DNA from: Neovahlkampfia damariscottae
Taxonomy: Eukaryota
NCBI GenBank assembly: GCA_016618085.1
Contig: JABLTG010000013.1
Coordinates: 1 to 64,000 of the forward strand
Direction of reading: 5' to 3'
Length of the DNA: 64,000 nucleotides
Shown: one piece after another, positions 12,714 to 26,123 of the stretch
How the letters are laid out: the number at the start of each line of letters is the position of its first letter
How positions within the stretch are numbered: the stretch's first letter is position 1
Program-made: the position numbers and the translations under genes
Notes under the pieces: generated by a model
The model's input: the letters and a program-made list of their open reading frames with translations, nothing else
The model's database searches: none
Told to the model about the DNA's origin: nothing

Positions 12714-13355
12714 TTATTCTGCTCCATAGATGTCTGAATCTTCAATATCTAATTTTTCAACATTGTCAAGAAGTGGTTTTTTCTCTTCATTTTCTTCTTG
12801 CTCATTAATATCCTCAATGATTAATTCTGCTTCATCTATTTTTTCATCTTCTTTTTCTACAATTTCTTTTTTTTCTTCATTTTCTTTTTTTTTTTCTTCA
12901 TTTTCTTTTTTTTTTTCTTTTTTTTCTTCAATCAAATTGCTTTCAACTCTTGGAATTGAAATTTTTAATTGTCCATTATTCAATTTTGCTGAAATTTTTT
13001 CAACATCAATATTTGATGGGATTGTGACCCTTTTTGAATAGCTTTCAAATGAATTTTCATTTTTATGTTCTGCTTTAATTGTTAATATTCCATCTTCAAC
13101 TTCTATTTGAACATTTTCTTTTGGAATATTTTTTGAAAAATTCATTTTCACTTCAAACACTTCATCTTTTTCTGAAATTTTTTGATAAAATAATTCCTGG
13201 TTAAATGTTGAAAATAACTCTTCAAATGGACTTTTTTGAGCCAAAATGGTTGAAGGTTGTTGAAAAATTGAGTAAGTTGGTGTAAAGTCAAAAAAGTCAT
13301 CATAAACAGAATTGAAAAATGATCTTTGTGGTCTTCTAAATGTTAAGTATGGCAT
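12714..13355 (-). CDS. Small heat-shock protein (Hsp20/alpha-crystallin)
   Basis: IPKENVQIEVEDGILTIKAE...IPSNIDVEKISAKLNNGQLKISIPR. Confidence 0.9.
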   Translation of the reverse strand: MPYLTFRRPQRSFFNSVYDDFFDFTPTYSIFQQPSTILAQKSPFEELFSTFNQELFYQKISEKDEVFEVKMNFSKNIPKENVQIEVEDGILTIKAEHKNENSFESYSKRVTIPSNIDVEKISAKLNNGQLKISIPRVESNLIEEKKEKKKENEEKKKENEEKKEIVEKEDEKIDEAELIIEDINEQEENEEKKPLLDNVEKLDIEDSDIYGAE

Positions 13356-13623
13356 TGTTATTTGTAAAAGTTTTTTTTGTTCATTTCCAAAAATTGTTTG
13401 TTTTTATTGTCAATTCGGAATTTTAAGGAACAGAACAAAATGAATTCCTATTGGTTGTTTCTAAATAAACAAAGGTTTCATTATTTCCTAGATTTCCGGA
13501 TTTCATACTTCATTTCCGAGATTTTCAAACATTAAATACAATCAAAGACTCAAATTCAAAAGAATGATTTTTTTTTTTAATTTTTATTTTCAGTACCCTT
13601 TCCCCTATGCTTTGAATCAAATT

Positions 13624-14183
13624 TTAAAGACTTGAAGAAGTTTTTAAGAATGCAGATTCAACTTGTTTTGTAAAATATGGAGTAAATCTTGAAACTAAAG
13701 CAGATAAACCATAATAACTAACAATAACAAATACAGATAATAACATTGGTTTTCCAATTGGAGTAAGTTTTGAATTATCTTTTTTTTCTTTTCCATAAAT
13801 CATTTCATAAAAAGTTTGAGCGAAACCTTTGAGTTGGTTCACAAAAGTGTCAACCATTTCAGAAATAATTTCAGAAAATGAAGGTTCTACATCCATATCT
13901 ACATTTTCTCCTTCTATTTCTCTGAGTTGTTGTTCGTTTTCAATTCTTAAATGTTCTGTATTTTTTAAAACGATTTGTTGCAGTTCAGGTCCGTATTTTT
14001 CCATGAATTCTAAAGCAGATTTGTAAATTGGATCTGAAAGTTCTGGAGTTATGCCTCTGTAAGAAATAGTTAAAAGAATGAAGAAAAATTACGAAGATTT
14101 GCAAATCGATTCAGTATAGTTTTGGAGTGATGGAATGGCTTCGGTTTGGAGTTTACTGAGTTGTCCAGGTCCATTTTCTTCAT
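13624..14183 (-). CDS. Hypothetical protein with C-terminal transmembrane segment
   Basis: Upstream exon (MKKMDLDNS...) plus an intron near 14058-14092 joins ORF 13624-14004. Confidence 0.55.
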
Positions 14184-14412
14184 TTGAGAGTGAATATTTA
14201 TAGCTGATGAGTAATCCTTTAGGAGGAACTTTTGCAAATTTTTTTGTCACCGTTGAAAACATGATCAAAAACGTTTGAAGTTATGATCCAATCAAAACTT
14301 TTTGAAAATTTATAGTTAGAAAAACGAAGTAAATGAGGAATATTTCGAAAAAAAGAAAAGAAATAGTTCAATTTTAAATTTGAAATACAGGGGCAACCAA
14401 TCAAAAACTCGA

Positions 14413-15039
14413 ATGACCGAAAAAAAAAATGAACAGATACCAAATGGTTTGGTTTACATCAATGACTTTATAACCAAAGAAGAGGCTTCAGATTTAGTTA
14501 AATTTATTGACACACAAGTTTGGAGCTCTGATATAACAAGAAGGACACAACAATACGGTTATAAATATGACTATAAAAGTTCAACTGCTTCAGAAAAAAC
14601 TTTACCAATTCCAAAAGAGTTTAAACAGCTCATGTCAAAATTAGAAAAATTCTATGGAAAGGGAATTGATCAAATAATTATTAATGAATACACACAACTC
14701 CAAAGTATTGCAAAACATGTTGATAGAACTGATACATTTGGTGAAGTAGTAACCTCTCTATCTCTATTACAACCAATTGGCATGAAATTTCATCAATTGA
14801 AGGAAGTATCAGATAAAGAATTATTCAATTCCAAAACAAAGCGAGTTGCTGAAGGAATAACATACTACCAAGTATTACAACCAAATTCTTTAGTTGTTTT
14901 AACAAAAGATGCTCGATACAATTGGCAACATGAAATTCCAAAATCAAACACATTTCTTTTAGAAAATGGGAAAAAATTTAAGAAAGGAGAAGATTATAGA
15001 AGAATTTCAATCACTTGTAGGACAATGATTAAAAAATAA
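14413..15039 (+). CDS. AlkB-family 2OG-Fe(II) dioxygenase
   Basis: GLVYINDFITKEE, RRTQQYGYKYDY, IINEY, HVD (HxD), WQHEI, RRISITCR. Intronless. Confidence 0.9.
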   Translation: MTEKKNEQIPNGLVYINDFITKEEASDLVKFIDTQVWSSDITRRTQQYGYKYDYKSSTASEKTLPIPKEFKQLMSKLEKFYGKGIDQIIINEYTQLQSIAKHVDRTDTFGEVVTSLSLLQPIGMKFHQLKEVSDKELFNSKTKRVAEGITYYQVLQPNSLVVLTKDARYNWQHEIPKSNTFLLENGKKFKKGEDYRRISITCRTMIKK

Positions 15040-15279
15040 ACGAATTCTTAATTTTATTTTTTTTTTCAACAAGACCAAACGATTTGATTGGTGAAATGAA
15101 TCAACAGAAAAACAAACAACATGAACTACTTGTTTCTTCATCATTCATCTTTATACGAAATCTACCAAAAGATATATACAAAATCTCTATAAAAATCTCA
15201 GATAAATACTGGAAGAAAAATGTACTTGACAAATCTGTCAAATGGAAACTAAAATCAAAATTATAAAACAACAAGAAGT

Positions 15280-15876
15280 TTATTGATATCTCAACAGTTG
15301 CTCCTTTTCAATTAATTTTTTTGGTATAACATAATTAAATATCTTCAATTGACCAATTTCACCACGAAAACCAGTCACCTCCAAATCATTCAAAAAAGCA
15401 CCAACAACTATCGATTTACCATGTTTTATGGTTTTATTTTCCAATAAATTTATTTCATTAATCAATATACCATTATAATATTCTTTAACTTTAGCTCCTG
15501 TAAAAATTACAATTTTATTAATCCACTCTTGTTTTGTAATGACTTGACTTCTGGCATACAAAATTTCTTCAACATCATTTTTTTTTGGTTTGATTAAAAT
15601 ACCATCTGTATTGTAATACTCAAATGAAAATGTTGAAATTTTGTATCCTTTATTTTCTGACATTGTCGATAATAATGGTCCATCAATAGATTCATCTGTA
15701 GATTTGAACCAAAATGAAAATGATAATTCACTGTTTACAAAATGATTAAATCCACAATCTAAATGATTAAATCCATTAAAATGTGCAGAAAATGATTCGG
15801 AAGTGACTCCTTCATACTTTTGAAAAATGCATTTTGAGTCTTGTTCTAATGATTTTGTTATTCCTTGATTTCCCAT
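15280..15876 (-). CDS. ConA/LamG-like beta-sandwich protein with possible N-myristoylation
   Basis: MGNQ start; SAHFNG, SFSFWFK, YYNG, FRGEIGQLKIFNY motifs. Confidence 0.7.
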   Translation of the reverse strand: MGNQGITKSLEQDSKCIFQKYEGVTSESFSAHFNGFNHLDCGFNHFVNSELSFSFWFKSTDESIDGPLLSTMSENKGYKISTFSFEYYNTDGILIKPKKNDVEEILYARSQVITKQEWINKIVIFTGAKVKEYYNGILINEINLLENKTIKHGKSIVVGAFLNDLEVTGFRGEIGQLKIFNYVIPKKLIEKEQLLRYQ

Positions 15877-15907
15877 TCCAGTTCTTTTGGTTGAGATATT
15901 TATTTAC

Positions 15908-16531
15908 TTACTGATCACGTACATAACCTAATTTATCAAATTCATCCATAAAATCATAATGTAATAATTGTTGTTTTTTTGTTAATCTTGACAGAACCAG
16001 AGTATAAGAAAGTAATCTTGAACACTCTTTTGAATCAAAAAGAAAATGTTCTTTAAAATCTAAAGTTTTTTCTAATTCCACTTTTTCTAATTCAACAATA
16101 AAAGATCCAAGTAATTCTTCTTCTGTGTATAATTCAAAAGTGAGTTTGACAAAATCCAAGTATGGAGGTGAACTTGTAAAAAAATTAGAAACAAAAAAAA
16201 CAACTTACATATTGAATGATTCTAAAAATAAAGGTTCTGTGCAGTTTACTCTTTCTTTTGTTGTTAATTTTAACTCTTTATCTCCATAACCTGATATGTT
16301 AATTTGTACTTGTACAGTTGGGTATTTTTTTTCTAAGAATACTTTGGTAATGTCTATAGATAAATTATAAGGGTTGTAATTTTCTGGTTCAATTTCTTCG
16401 ATTGATATATCATCGTTTGAAGATTTACTTTTTGAAAAAACCATCTCTTCAATATCGTCATTGGATAAACCAGAACCAAAAAATGAACCACTCCTTTTGG
16501 GACTTTTCACTTTTTTTCTACTTCCAAACAT
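15908..16531 (-). CDS. C2-domain-like protein
   Basis: One intron near 16174-16208. LSIDITK...PTVQVQI...TTKERVNCTEPLFLESF...LTFELY...LLGSF. Confidence 0.6.
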
Positions 16532-16651
16532 TGTTTGTGGTTTTGACCAAAATAGAAATTCTACGATTTTCTATTGGACGAAAAAAATAGAACAACAAAA
16601 TTTATTCACACAATTGTGTATACATTTTCCGTTGAATGTGAGTTTAAAAAA

Positions 16652-17687
16652 TTATTGTTCCTTTAATTTTTTTTTCTTTTTCTCCTCCCCATTTTCATCA
16701 TCTCTTTTTCGTTTGAAAAAATTCGAAATTTTTGATTGTTTTTTAACCAAATGATTGAAATTCTTTGCAGCGACATTTTTTATTTCGCATTCTCCAATTT
16801 TTTTATAATTTTTTTCTTCATTTTTCAATTCGAAATCAAAATAAACAGGAACATGATCTGAACCTTCAAATGAAACTAAAATATCACATGATGTGATTTT
16901 CTTCATGAAATTTTCATTACAAATCATGTAATCTAATCTCCATCCTTTATTCCTTTCTTTTGCTTTTGATTTTGGATCAAACCATGAATACCCAATTTTG
17001 TTAGGGTTTAAAAAACGAAATACATCAATAAACAAGTTATCTTTAAAAATATCATCAAACCACTTCCTCTCTTTTTCTAAAAACCCTGTATATTCAACAG
17101 GTTTCTTGTGTGAAAAAAAAGTGAAAAAAAAACTATCATACCTCTTGATGAATGTCAATTAATTTGTGTGCAGTATTTATATCTCCTAAAATTACAACAT
17201 TTCGTTTCTTATCTAAAAAAAATTTCATTCTTTCAAAAACTAATTTTTTGAATTTCATTTTGAAATCTATTCTTTCGTCACCTCGACCTCCATTTGGAAC
17301 ATATAAATTGAATAACACAAAATCACCATGATCTGTAATTATACATCTTCCTTCTTTATCTATATCTTCATCATTCAAATCCTTCCAAGCAGAAATAACT
17401 TTTAATTTTTTGGTTGACTTTTTAACAAAAGTTGCCACTCCACTAAAAAAAATTTTTGGGACTTTTTTATTGTACCTGTATCCTTTTTTTACAGTTGAGA
17501 AACTCCAAAAAGATTCGTATTCTGAATTCAAAAAAGCTAATTTTTCTGTGACTTGATTTTTTGAAATTTTTGTTTCTTGAACACAAATAATATCAGATTC
17601 AAGTTTTGAGAATAATTCTGACAACTGATCGGTTTTTTCATCATGTAAACTTCTAATACCATTGATATTCCAAGTAGTTATCCTCAT
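16652..17687 (-). CDS. ExoIII-family AP endonuclease (APE2-like, C-terminal PIP box)
   Basis: MRITTWNINGIR, CVQETK, EGR, NLYVPNG, GDINTAH, GWRLDY, GSDHVPV; PIP-like QSKISNFF. Confidence 0.92.
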
Positions 17688-18197
17688 CCTTTGTTGATTT
17701 GAAGATTTCCGTTGACCAATGAAACACAGCAACAACAAATTCAATCTATTAAATTCTTTAAGCTCTTCTTTGGGTCTGTAGTTGACAGTATATATTTGAT
17801 TCAAAATAAAAAATTAAATTTATTTTTTCTTTCGGATTATTTGTGATAATGTATATATGAGTGACATCAGGATAATAATTTCTTTTCTCTTGGAACACTT
17901 TTCCTGAATTTTTTGATTGCATCAATTTCTTGGTGTTTGTTTTTCTTCAACCTTTTCTTTTTCTTTCTAGTGTCGTCAGATAAATCAGAATCATGTTTAT
18001 TATCTTTAGCCATGAAATCTTTCCTGTTATATGTTGGACGACAATCAATATTTCAAGTAAAAATTGACAATCCAATAAATACCTGATACTTACCAACCGA
18101 TTTTTTTTTTATTGGATGAAAAAAATCCCAAAATTGGAAAACAAAATCACAAATGGTGAATTTCAAACCAACAGATTTTTTAAAATTCCAAAAACTC

Positions 18198-21100
18198 CTA
18201 CAAACTCCGAGTGGAGTTCCTTAATTTGTCAAAATATTGATTTTTAAAAACAACTTTTTTATTTCTTTTTTTTATATTGATTTTTGGTTTCAATATGCTT
18301 GATTGCATTTTCTTTTGTAAAGAATAGATTTGAATAATAATTATGAACTGGAATATCAGTTTTATATCTTTGAACAATATCTGCAATTTGAGCAGCTCTT
18401 TTTGCATGCCTAAAAGTTTAAAATATTTTAAAATTCGTTACGGTCTTTGATATCCTGTAGTTTTATTTCTCGCAATTTTATTTGCATTAACAGCAGTCAT
18501 TCTTGCTAATGAACCAATAATATGACGACTCACCACCATACCATCTTGTAAAGGACCTGTTTCAATATTACTTTCTTTTTTCAAAATTTCAACCCTCAAT
18601 AAATTTGATTTTTCAAGTGGATAAATAACAATTTGAAAAAGATTAAAATGAGATGTAATTGTTTCTTGGAACCAATCTCTTGTATGCTCTGACCAAATAA
18701 TTTTACAATGATCATTTCCAATATGTCTTTTTTTATGAATTTGTTGTTGATCTGTTGATGAAGTTGGCATCATTGAAGGAACATGAAAAATAAATTCTGA
18801 TTTATAATCTGACCAATAAGGTGCATATTCTCCTGTTGATGCTAATTTTTTATCTAAACCACCAACGAAACCAGAATGTTCTTTTAAATGAACATTCCAA
18901 CCTAAAGATTCAACAAATGATTGAAAATCTTCTGAAACATCTTCAGATTCAAATTTCAAAATTTCATCTTGTGAATCACAACCATCAGGAACATAAATAA
19001 CACCAAATTTATGTGCTTCACGTTCTGCCATTCCATCTAATGCTTTAATATTTAACATCATTTTCAAGTTATATTGTAATTGATAAAATCTTTTTTTATC
19101 ACCAATACCAAATGATAAAAATCCTAATTGTGATAAAAATAATCTAGAAATTTGGAATTTACAATCACTTTGATATCTATTTTGATATTCAGGTGGTTTT
19201 AAAGAAATATCAAATCCTTCATAACTTTCAGAAATTTCTTCATAAAATCCATCTTCATTCTCTTCTTGTGTTTCAATTAATGAAAAGAATTTATCTAAAT
19301 CATCATATTCTTTTGGTTTTTCAGGTTTTGAATGTTTCATTAATAAACTATTTTTATCAAGTTCTTTGGTATGTCCTGTTAATCCATCATATTTTGCACC
19401 TGTATATTTTCCAAATAACTCTTTTTCAACAACTTGATTTATTGTTAACAAATTTTTTTTTCTTACTTTCTTTTTGTCCAAATAAAACAGAAGCATCCCA
19501 TGCAAATTTACCTGTGATATCTCTGACAATTAAAGTGCATCCAGGACCTCCTTTTTCATCTGGTTGTTCAACAAGAGCAAAGATGTATTTGTCATCATAA
19601 ACAAAATATTTTGTATAATTTGAATTTTGTACTTCTTCTTCATCAAAAGCAATTTGATCTTCAAAAATCAATGCACTTGTTTGAGTGGATACATTATTTG
19701 TTGGTGGATAATTACCAACAAAATTGAATAAATGACTTAAAAGATAATTTGCTGCACTTCTTGCTTCTTCAATGTTACCATGTTTCAACTGTGTGAAAAA
19801 ATTATTTTTAGAAAAAATTGAAATTCAAACTGCAGTGAAATTTAAGCATGTTTCAATTGATTTTATGATGTAAAATAATAATTTGTTGTTTGTCATGATT
19901 TCTTGATGTGCTGTTACAACCCAATCAGTTAAACAATAATAAGCATCAACTAATAAAGATGAGAGTGTTTTATCTTTTGCAATATCATCACAAGCAGCTT
20001 TAATATAACTTGCAATTCTGTCTACAATTTTTTCACCAATTAAATCATTTCCTTTTTGTAAAACTGGATAAAGTGAAACTAAAGAACTTAAAACTTCAAA
20101 AATAGTCGTAAAAACATCAGTAGTAAAATCTTTAAATGCAATTGGATGTGTTTGTCTTGAATCTGATTTATCTTGTGGTAACATTTCAAATATAGCTTGA
20201 ATCAATTTACAACAAACTTTTTGATCATTAAATTGTTCTTCAAAAATGAAAACAGAAATTGACCATAAAATATGTTTAATATTTTGTGAATTTGGTTCAC
20301 AAGCAAGTGATTTTTCTAATAAATCAGCAATTTGAATTTTCAGATTTACATATTTTTCATTACTTTGATCTTTACCTGCATAACGATTTGGAAATGAAAT
20401 CAAAGATGTAAAAAGTGTAATACAAGATGATCTTAATTCAGGTTGATATGGATTTGCTTTTCCTTTTTCAATCTTTAAAATCTTTTCACAAACTTGCATA
20501 TAATGTGGAATTAAAATTTGTGATCCTTCAAGTTCTTCAAAACTAAAAACTTTACAACTGTTCATCAATATAGCATGTGTAATGATCAATTCATCTTCTT
20601 TTAAACCATTAATTATTGCATTATAAAATAAAGATAAATAGAATTCTTGATATGGTTTTCCACTTCTACGACAATACATTTGACAAAGAGATGAATAGGC
20701 AATAGCTCTACCTTCATTATAGTTTGCATCTCTTGTGTTTACAGCTTCAAATAGCCATGCACTAAAAATATCTAAAATTGTATTGCAATCTGGAGGATAA
20801 GGAAATCTTTGCCAATCAATTCCTTCACGTTTTTTAATTTCAGGTGAAATAGGTTGTCTTCCAATGGTATTGAAAATTTTGATTAAATTTTGTAAACCTT
20901 TGAAACATCTAAAATGAATCTTTGGATCTTCAATATCATTTGGATTTCCAATGATATTTAAAATTAAATTCCAAACTAAGTAAGTATATTCATCAGGTAT
21001 TTCTAAATCAGAAACTGGTGTTGCTACAGTTTGAAGTGGTGCAACGTCATTAGTTAAACCTTCCCATTTTATAATTAAAGTTGGATTTCCTTCTGTAGGT

Positions 21101-21934
21101 CCATAAATAAGATGTATAATCTTTAAAGTTAAACCAGTGATTACGGCATCCCATTGATGTATAAGAGCGATATGTTTATGCCATTGTGATGCATAATTTT
21201 GAAAATGATGCCACATAACTTTATCATCAATCAAAGAACTGACCCAGAGCTCAAAGAGAACCTATTTGTTTGTTGAATACTGAAAAAAAAATATTACTTT
21301 AAGAATTGGGTAACTTAATTCAAGAATTCCTCTTTTTCCTCTTAGTGTATGGTCAGTTATACCTAAAATTATGAGTAAAAGAAAATTCCAAGTTTCTTCG
21401 TCCATTAATTCACCGTGCGCAGCTAATTTCAGAAATATTTCTAAAACTCTATTGCAAAGTCTGATATGTTCTTTAATTTCATCTTTCGTTTCATCTTCTC
21501 TCATTTGAAAAAGAAAAGTAAAATGACGAAACATTTCCTTTTTGAAAAATTAGAAAAAAAAAAAAAAAAAACTTTGTAAAATAGTTGAGTATTTTTTGGA
21601 TCATTCATAACTTCAGGTCTATTTTTTGTCAAAAACCATTTTGAGTAAATTCCAATTGCTTGGTCAATGACTTCATGATCTGAAATTGGAAGTTGAAAAC
21701 TTTGAGCTGGAAAAAGTAAAACAAGAAAAAAAAAAAATTACCTGTAATTTCCATAAGAAAATCAATATGACTTGATGTTGTAAATAAAGGAATTGCTGTG
21801 TCATATTTTGAAGAAACGTATTTTACAACTTCTGTTACAACTATTCTTTTGACTTCCAAAGGAAAATCCTTGAGGATATTTTTGGTGTCTATGGCTTTTA
21901 GCAAACCTAACTGATCAATCCATTCTAACAACAT
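18198..21934 (-). CDS. RalGAP/tuberin-like Rap-GAP domain protein
   Basis: Multi-exon. N-terminus resembles RALGAPB; C-terminal HKFGVIYV...FHVPSMMP...KKRHIGND Rap-GAP domain. Confidence 0.85.
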
Positions 21935-22020
21935 TTTGTTGTGACGTTATTGGTGAGTCGATGTGAAAATAATTCAACCAATAGAAAATCTTTATTTTAA
22001 AAAGATTTAATTTTTTTTTT

Positions 22021-23178
22021 TTATTTTCTTTTTGTATTTTGATCAATTGTAATCAATAATTTTTCATTAATGTCCAAAGTTTCAGCTGATTCTTCTTGAA
22101 TTTGTTCTAAAATTTGAATATACTCTTTCATCTCTTTTATTTGTTGTTCAAGTGAAGATGTTGCTTCTTTTGATTGTTTTTGTAGTTCTGATGTTTTTGT
22201 TTCCAACTCTTTTTCTGTTTGTTCTTTTAACTTTTCAAGTGAATTTTGAAGTTCATTTTTTTCACTTTCCAGTTTTTTTATTTCATTTGCCAATTCTTGA
22301 GTTTCAATATTTTCATCTTCTTCCTCTTCATTTAATATTTTACTTTCTTGTTTTGGTGATGTTTCTTTTTCCATTTCGGAAGATTTAAAAATACTTCCTT
22401 CTGGTTGAAGTGCAGCTTGTTGAGATTGTTTACTCAACGCTTCTTCATATAAATCAAAGAATTGTGTTCTTTGTTGTCGAAGTAATTCAAGTTCTTCTTT
22501 TAAATCACCTTCTCTAATTTCTCTCATTTCTAATTCTCTGCTAACTTCTTCATTTTTTTTCTTTAGAGCTTCAATTTCTTTTTTTAAATCATTTAATGAT
22601 CCATTTACAATTTTATCTTCTTGTTCTGTCTCATTTCTTCGAGGTGACACTGTTCTGGTGCTAGTTTTGCCAGGTGGTTTTAACTTTTTAAACCCTTCAT
22701 TTTTATCAATTTTCTTGGTTTCTGTTTCTTTTTTATTGTTATTTGTATCTTTAGGTAATGATTGTAACTCCTTTTGTAAATTTTTTATTTCTTCTTTTAA
22801 TCTACTAACTTCATCTTTATTCGTTTGTTTTAATTTTTCAATTTCTTTTTTTTCGGAAGAAATAGTCTCAGAGGATACTCTTTCATATTTTTTTATCAAT
22901 GTTTTAACATTCTTTGTAAAAATATTTTTGTTATTTGATTGTTGTAGTTGTTGCTGTTGTTCTTCATCTAATTTTTGGTTTTTTTGAATTTTTTCGTTCA
23001 GTAATTGAAAATTTAATAGAAACTCGTCTTCGTTTGAAAATTCTTTGTGTTGTGTAAAATCTTCTTTCAAAAAAATGTCATTCAAGCCTGTGATGAGCAT
23101 CTGGAACTCTTTCTTTATAGCATCAAAATTTTTCGAGTTTTCTGATGTTTTTGTTTCATTTGCTGTGGAAGAACTCAT
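22021..23178 (-). CDS. Coiled-coil protein
   Basis: 385-aa E/K/Q-rich heptad ORF. Confidence 0.7.
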   Translation of the reverse strand: MSSSTANETKTSENSKNFDAIKKEFQMLITGLNDIFLKEDFTQHKEFSNEDEFLLNFQLLNEKIQKNQKLDEEQQQQLQQSNNKNIFTKNVKTLIKKYERVSSETISSEKKEIEKLKQTNKDEVSRLKEEIKNLQKELQSLPKDTNNNKKETETKKIDKNEGFKKLKPPGKTSTRTVSPRRNETEQEDKIVNGSLNDLKKEIEALKKKNEEVSRELEMREIREGDLKEELELLRQQRTQFFDLYEEALSKQSQQAALQPEGSIFKSSEMEKETSPKQESKILNEEEEDENIETQELANEIKKLESEKNELQNSLEKLKEQTEKELETKTSELQKQSKEATSSLEQQIKEMKEYIQILEQIQEESAETLDINEKLLITIDQNTKRK

Positions 23179-23402
23179 TTTTTTCTCTTTAAATTATATA
23201 TTACAATCAAAAAATGTTTCAAAGGTTAAATTTAGGAGTTTCTCACTTGTGGAGATTTTTTATCCGTTATCCAATGAAAATCAATCAATCAAGAATTCTT
23301 TTTATTATCCTAATTTTTTATTATTTTTTAAAAAATAAGAAATTTGAAAAAATTTGAAAACGGTCTTCATTTTCCAACAAATTCATTGGTACAACTGTTT
23401 GA

Positions 23403-24458
23403 ATGAAAATGTGGGTGAATTTGTTGGTTGGTTTTATTGCCATTGCTTTTAGTATTGGATATATAGTTCTATATGTTAGAGCTAAAAATTTAATAACTCC
23501 ATACAAATTCAAAGATTACCAGTTTTCAAAAATTAATAATTATTCACCAACTCCTACAACCATTTTTGATGAACCAAGTTTATATTTGACAATTGTAGCA
23601 CCTGCATATAATGAAGAAGAACGTGTTTGTTCAATGCTTGATGAAACTCTCCAATACCTCGAAAAAAGACAAAAAGAAGATTCAAAATTCACTTTTGAAA
23701 TTATAGTTGTTAACGATGGAAGTAAAGACAAAACAATTGATGTTGTTCAAAAAGTATTTATTATATTATTTTAATAGAATTAGTATATTGAAAAAAAAGA
23801 CCAAGGAAGAGATGTTCTAAGACTATTAGATTTGAAACAAAACAGAGGAAAAGGTTTTGCTGTAAAACAGGGTATTATAAAGAGTAGAGGAAAATTCATT
23901 TTAATGGCTGATGCTGATGCTGCTACAGATATCAATGATCTTTCAAAATTGGAAAAAAATTTGAAAGATGTTGCAATAGGTTCAAGAGCACATTTAACAA
24001 AAGAAAATCAAGTTAAAGTAAAGAAAAAAAAAATTTTTTAAAAAACAATTGAAAAAAAGAGAAACTTTTTTCGTAATATAATCAGTAATACATCACATAA
24101 ATTGACAAGATACGTTGCTGGTATTTATGTTGCTGAAGATACTCAATGTGGATTTAAGTTATTCAAAAGAGAAATAGCAAAAGTTCTATTTTTGAATTTG
24201 AATAGTGATAGATGGTGTTTTGATGTGGATGTTCTTCATATTGCTCAAAAATTAAAATATGACGTTAAAGAAGTACTTCAAAAAAACTAAAAAATTAACA
24301 TCTTGAAGATTGGAGTGAATTGGATGGAAAAAGATGGTAGTCATTTAACTTTATATGGAATGTTTACTATTGCAAGAGATTTACTTTTAGTTCGTTTATA
24401 TTATATTTTTGGATTTTGGAAAATTAATCCAAACCCAAGATTAGCTGATTTTTCATGA
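23403..24458 (+). CDS. ALG5: Dolichyl-phosphate beta-glucosyltransferase (GT2)
   Basis: N-terminal [56 protein letters not shown]. Confidence 0.9.
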
Positions 24459-24484
24459 AATTTTTCGTTTCTAAATTAAAATTT

Positions 24485-26123
24485 TTATTTAACTTTCTTT
24501 AATGGAACAAATCTAATATGATGATTTTTTGGTTCTTGAAGTAATGGTCTTCCGTCTTCAGGTTCCACACAAATATTTTTCAAATCTCCTGTGTATTCAA
24601 TGTTGTAATTTCTCAAAAGATTAATAATGAAAACATTTTGTTCCAACAAAGAAAAGTTATTTCCGATACAAACTCTTGATCCACCACTTTAAAAAATTTT
24701 GTGTTAAATTTTTTTTTTAAAAAACCTGAAAGGAATCCATCCATATCTTGGAACTTTAAATTTTTCTTGACCTTCTTTTGACCATCTTTCAGGTCTAAAA
24801 ACATCAGGATCACCATAAATTTCTTTTGAACGATGAACAGAGTGAATATGAATGGTAACAGCATAACCCTTAGGAATTTTATAACCATCCAAGACAACGT
24901 CTTTTGATGTTAATCTTGGTGGAACTGTTGAAATCGGTGTGTACATTCTAAGGACTTCTTTAATTACACAAGGAAGATATTGAAGTGATTTTATGTTTTG
25001 ACTGTTTGGTTCAGCGTCTCCAAGAACTTCGTCAATTTCTTTTCTCACTTTAGCTTGTACATCTTGATGATAAGCTAATTGATAGATGATGAAAGCAAGA
25101 TTATTTGCTGTTCTAAGAAAAAAAACGTTAAGAATTTTTTTTTTTTTTTTTTTTTTTTACGTTTCATGACCAGCCAAAAAGAATGCTAAAACATTATCTC
25201 TAATTTCAGTATCTGTCAAAGCTTTTTCTGGGTCTGAGTTTGATTGTGAATCAATCATATTATCCAACATTGAGACTCTTTTATAATTTGGGTCTTTAAG
25301 TTTTTCTCTTGTTTGATTTGAAAGTTTATGTACCAATTCATTCATGATTTCAATATTCTTTTCTGTTTTAATATTTCTTGGTAAGAATGGAAACCATGAA
25401 AACAAATTATTCCACAAAGCAGCTTGAGGTGTCAGAATGTTACTTGTTAAATCAGTATAAGCTTCCATATATTTATCTAATTGACCTAATAATGAATTAA
25501 ATTCATGTCCAAATACACATTTTCCTAAAACATCAAGAGCTAATCTTTGTGTTAAATCTCTGATGTTATCAGTTTCTCTTCCCATTTTTTCAATTGCTTG
25601 AAGTGTAACTTTTGCTTTTTCTCTAAAAACGTCACAATAGTTGTCTAAATTATAAAATGATTTATCAATAATTGCTCTGCCTTTTTTCCAGACATGTCCA
25701 TTTGCAGCTACTAAATGAGTTTCACCCCAAAAAATTTTATAATACTTTCCAAGTGGAAAATCCATTTTTTGGAAAGTATCAGGATCAGCAAAGACTTTTT
25801 GAACTAAATCTGGTGCTACAATCATGACATTGTGAAAGTGTAAAAAAAATAAAGAACCAATTCTGTCCCAACCATTTGGATGATCTCTTTGAAATTCAGC
25901 ACTAATTAAAGATAGTGATTTTCTTTGGTAAACAATTTCAAAAATGGATCTCCACATTGAAAATGAAGCTGGTATTGGTTTGCCTAGATTTGTTGAACGG
26001 GTAAATTAGTTGTATTTTGTTACCTGTTTTAACATGTACAATTTTAGATCTGACCCACCATTGATACAATTCACCTACGACGTAAATAAGTACAAACGGT
26101 AAAATGATGTTGAGTAACCACAT
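24485..26123 (-). CDS. Cytochrome P450
   Basis: N-terminal TM; FFLAGHETT, KEVLR (ExxR), FRPERW, and heme motif PFSGGSRVCIG split by an intron. Confidence 0.93.

Noticed and set aside
15084..15266. Small ORF between AlkB and LamG genes
   Set aside because: Has an upstream CCAAT but no recognisable motif; insufficient support.
17837..18013. Selenoprotein: small basic minus-strand ORF ending S-TGA-C
   Set aside because: No recognisable SECIS or selenoprotein family; at most a 48-aa micro-ORF.
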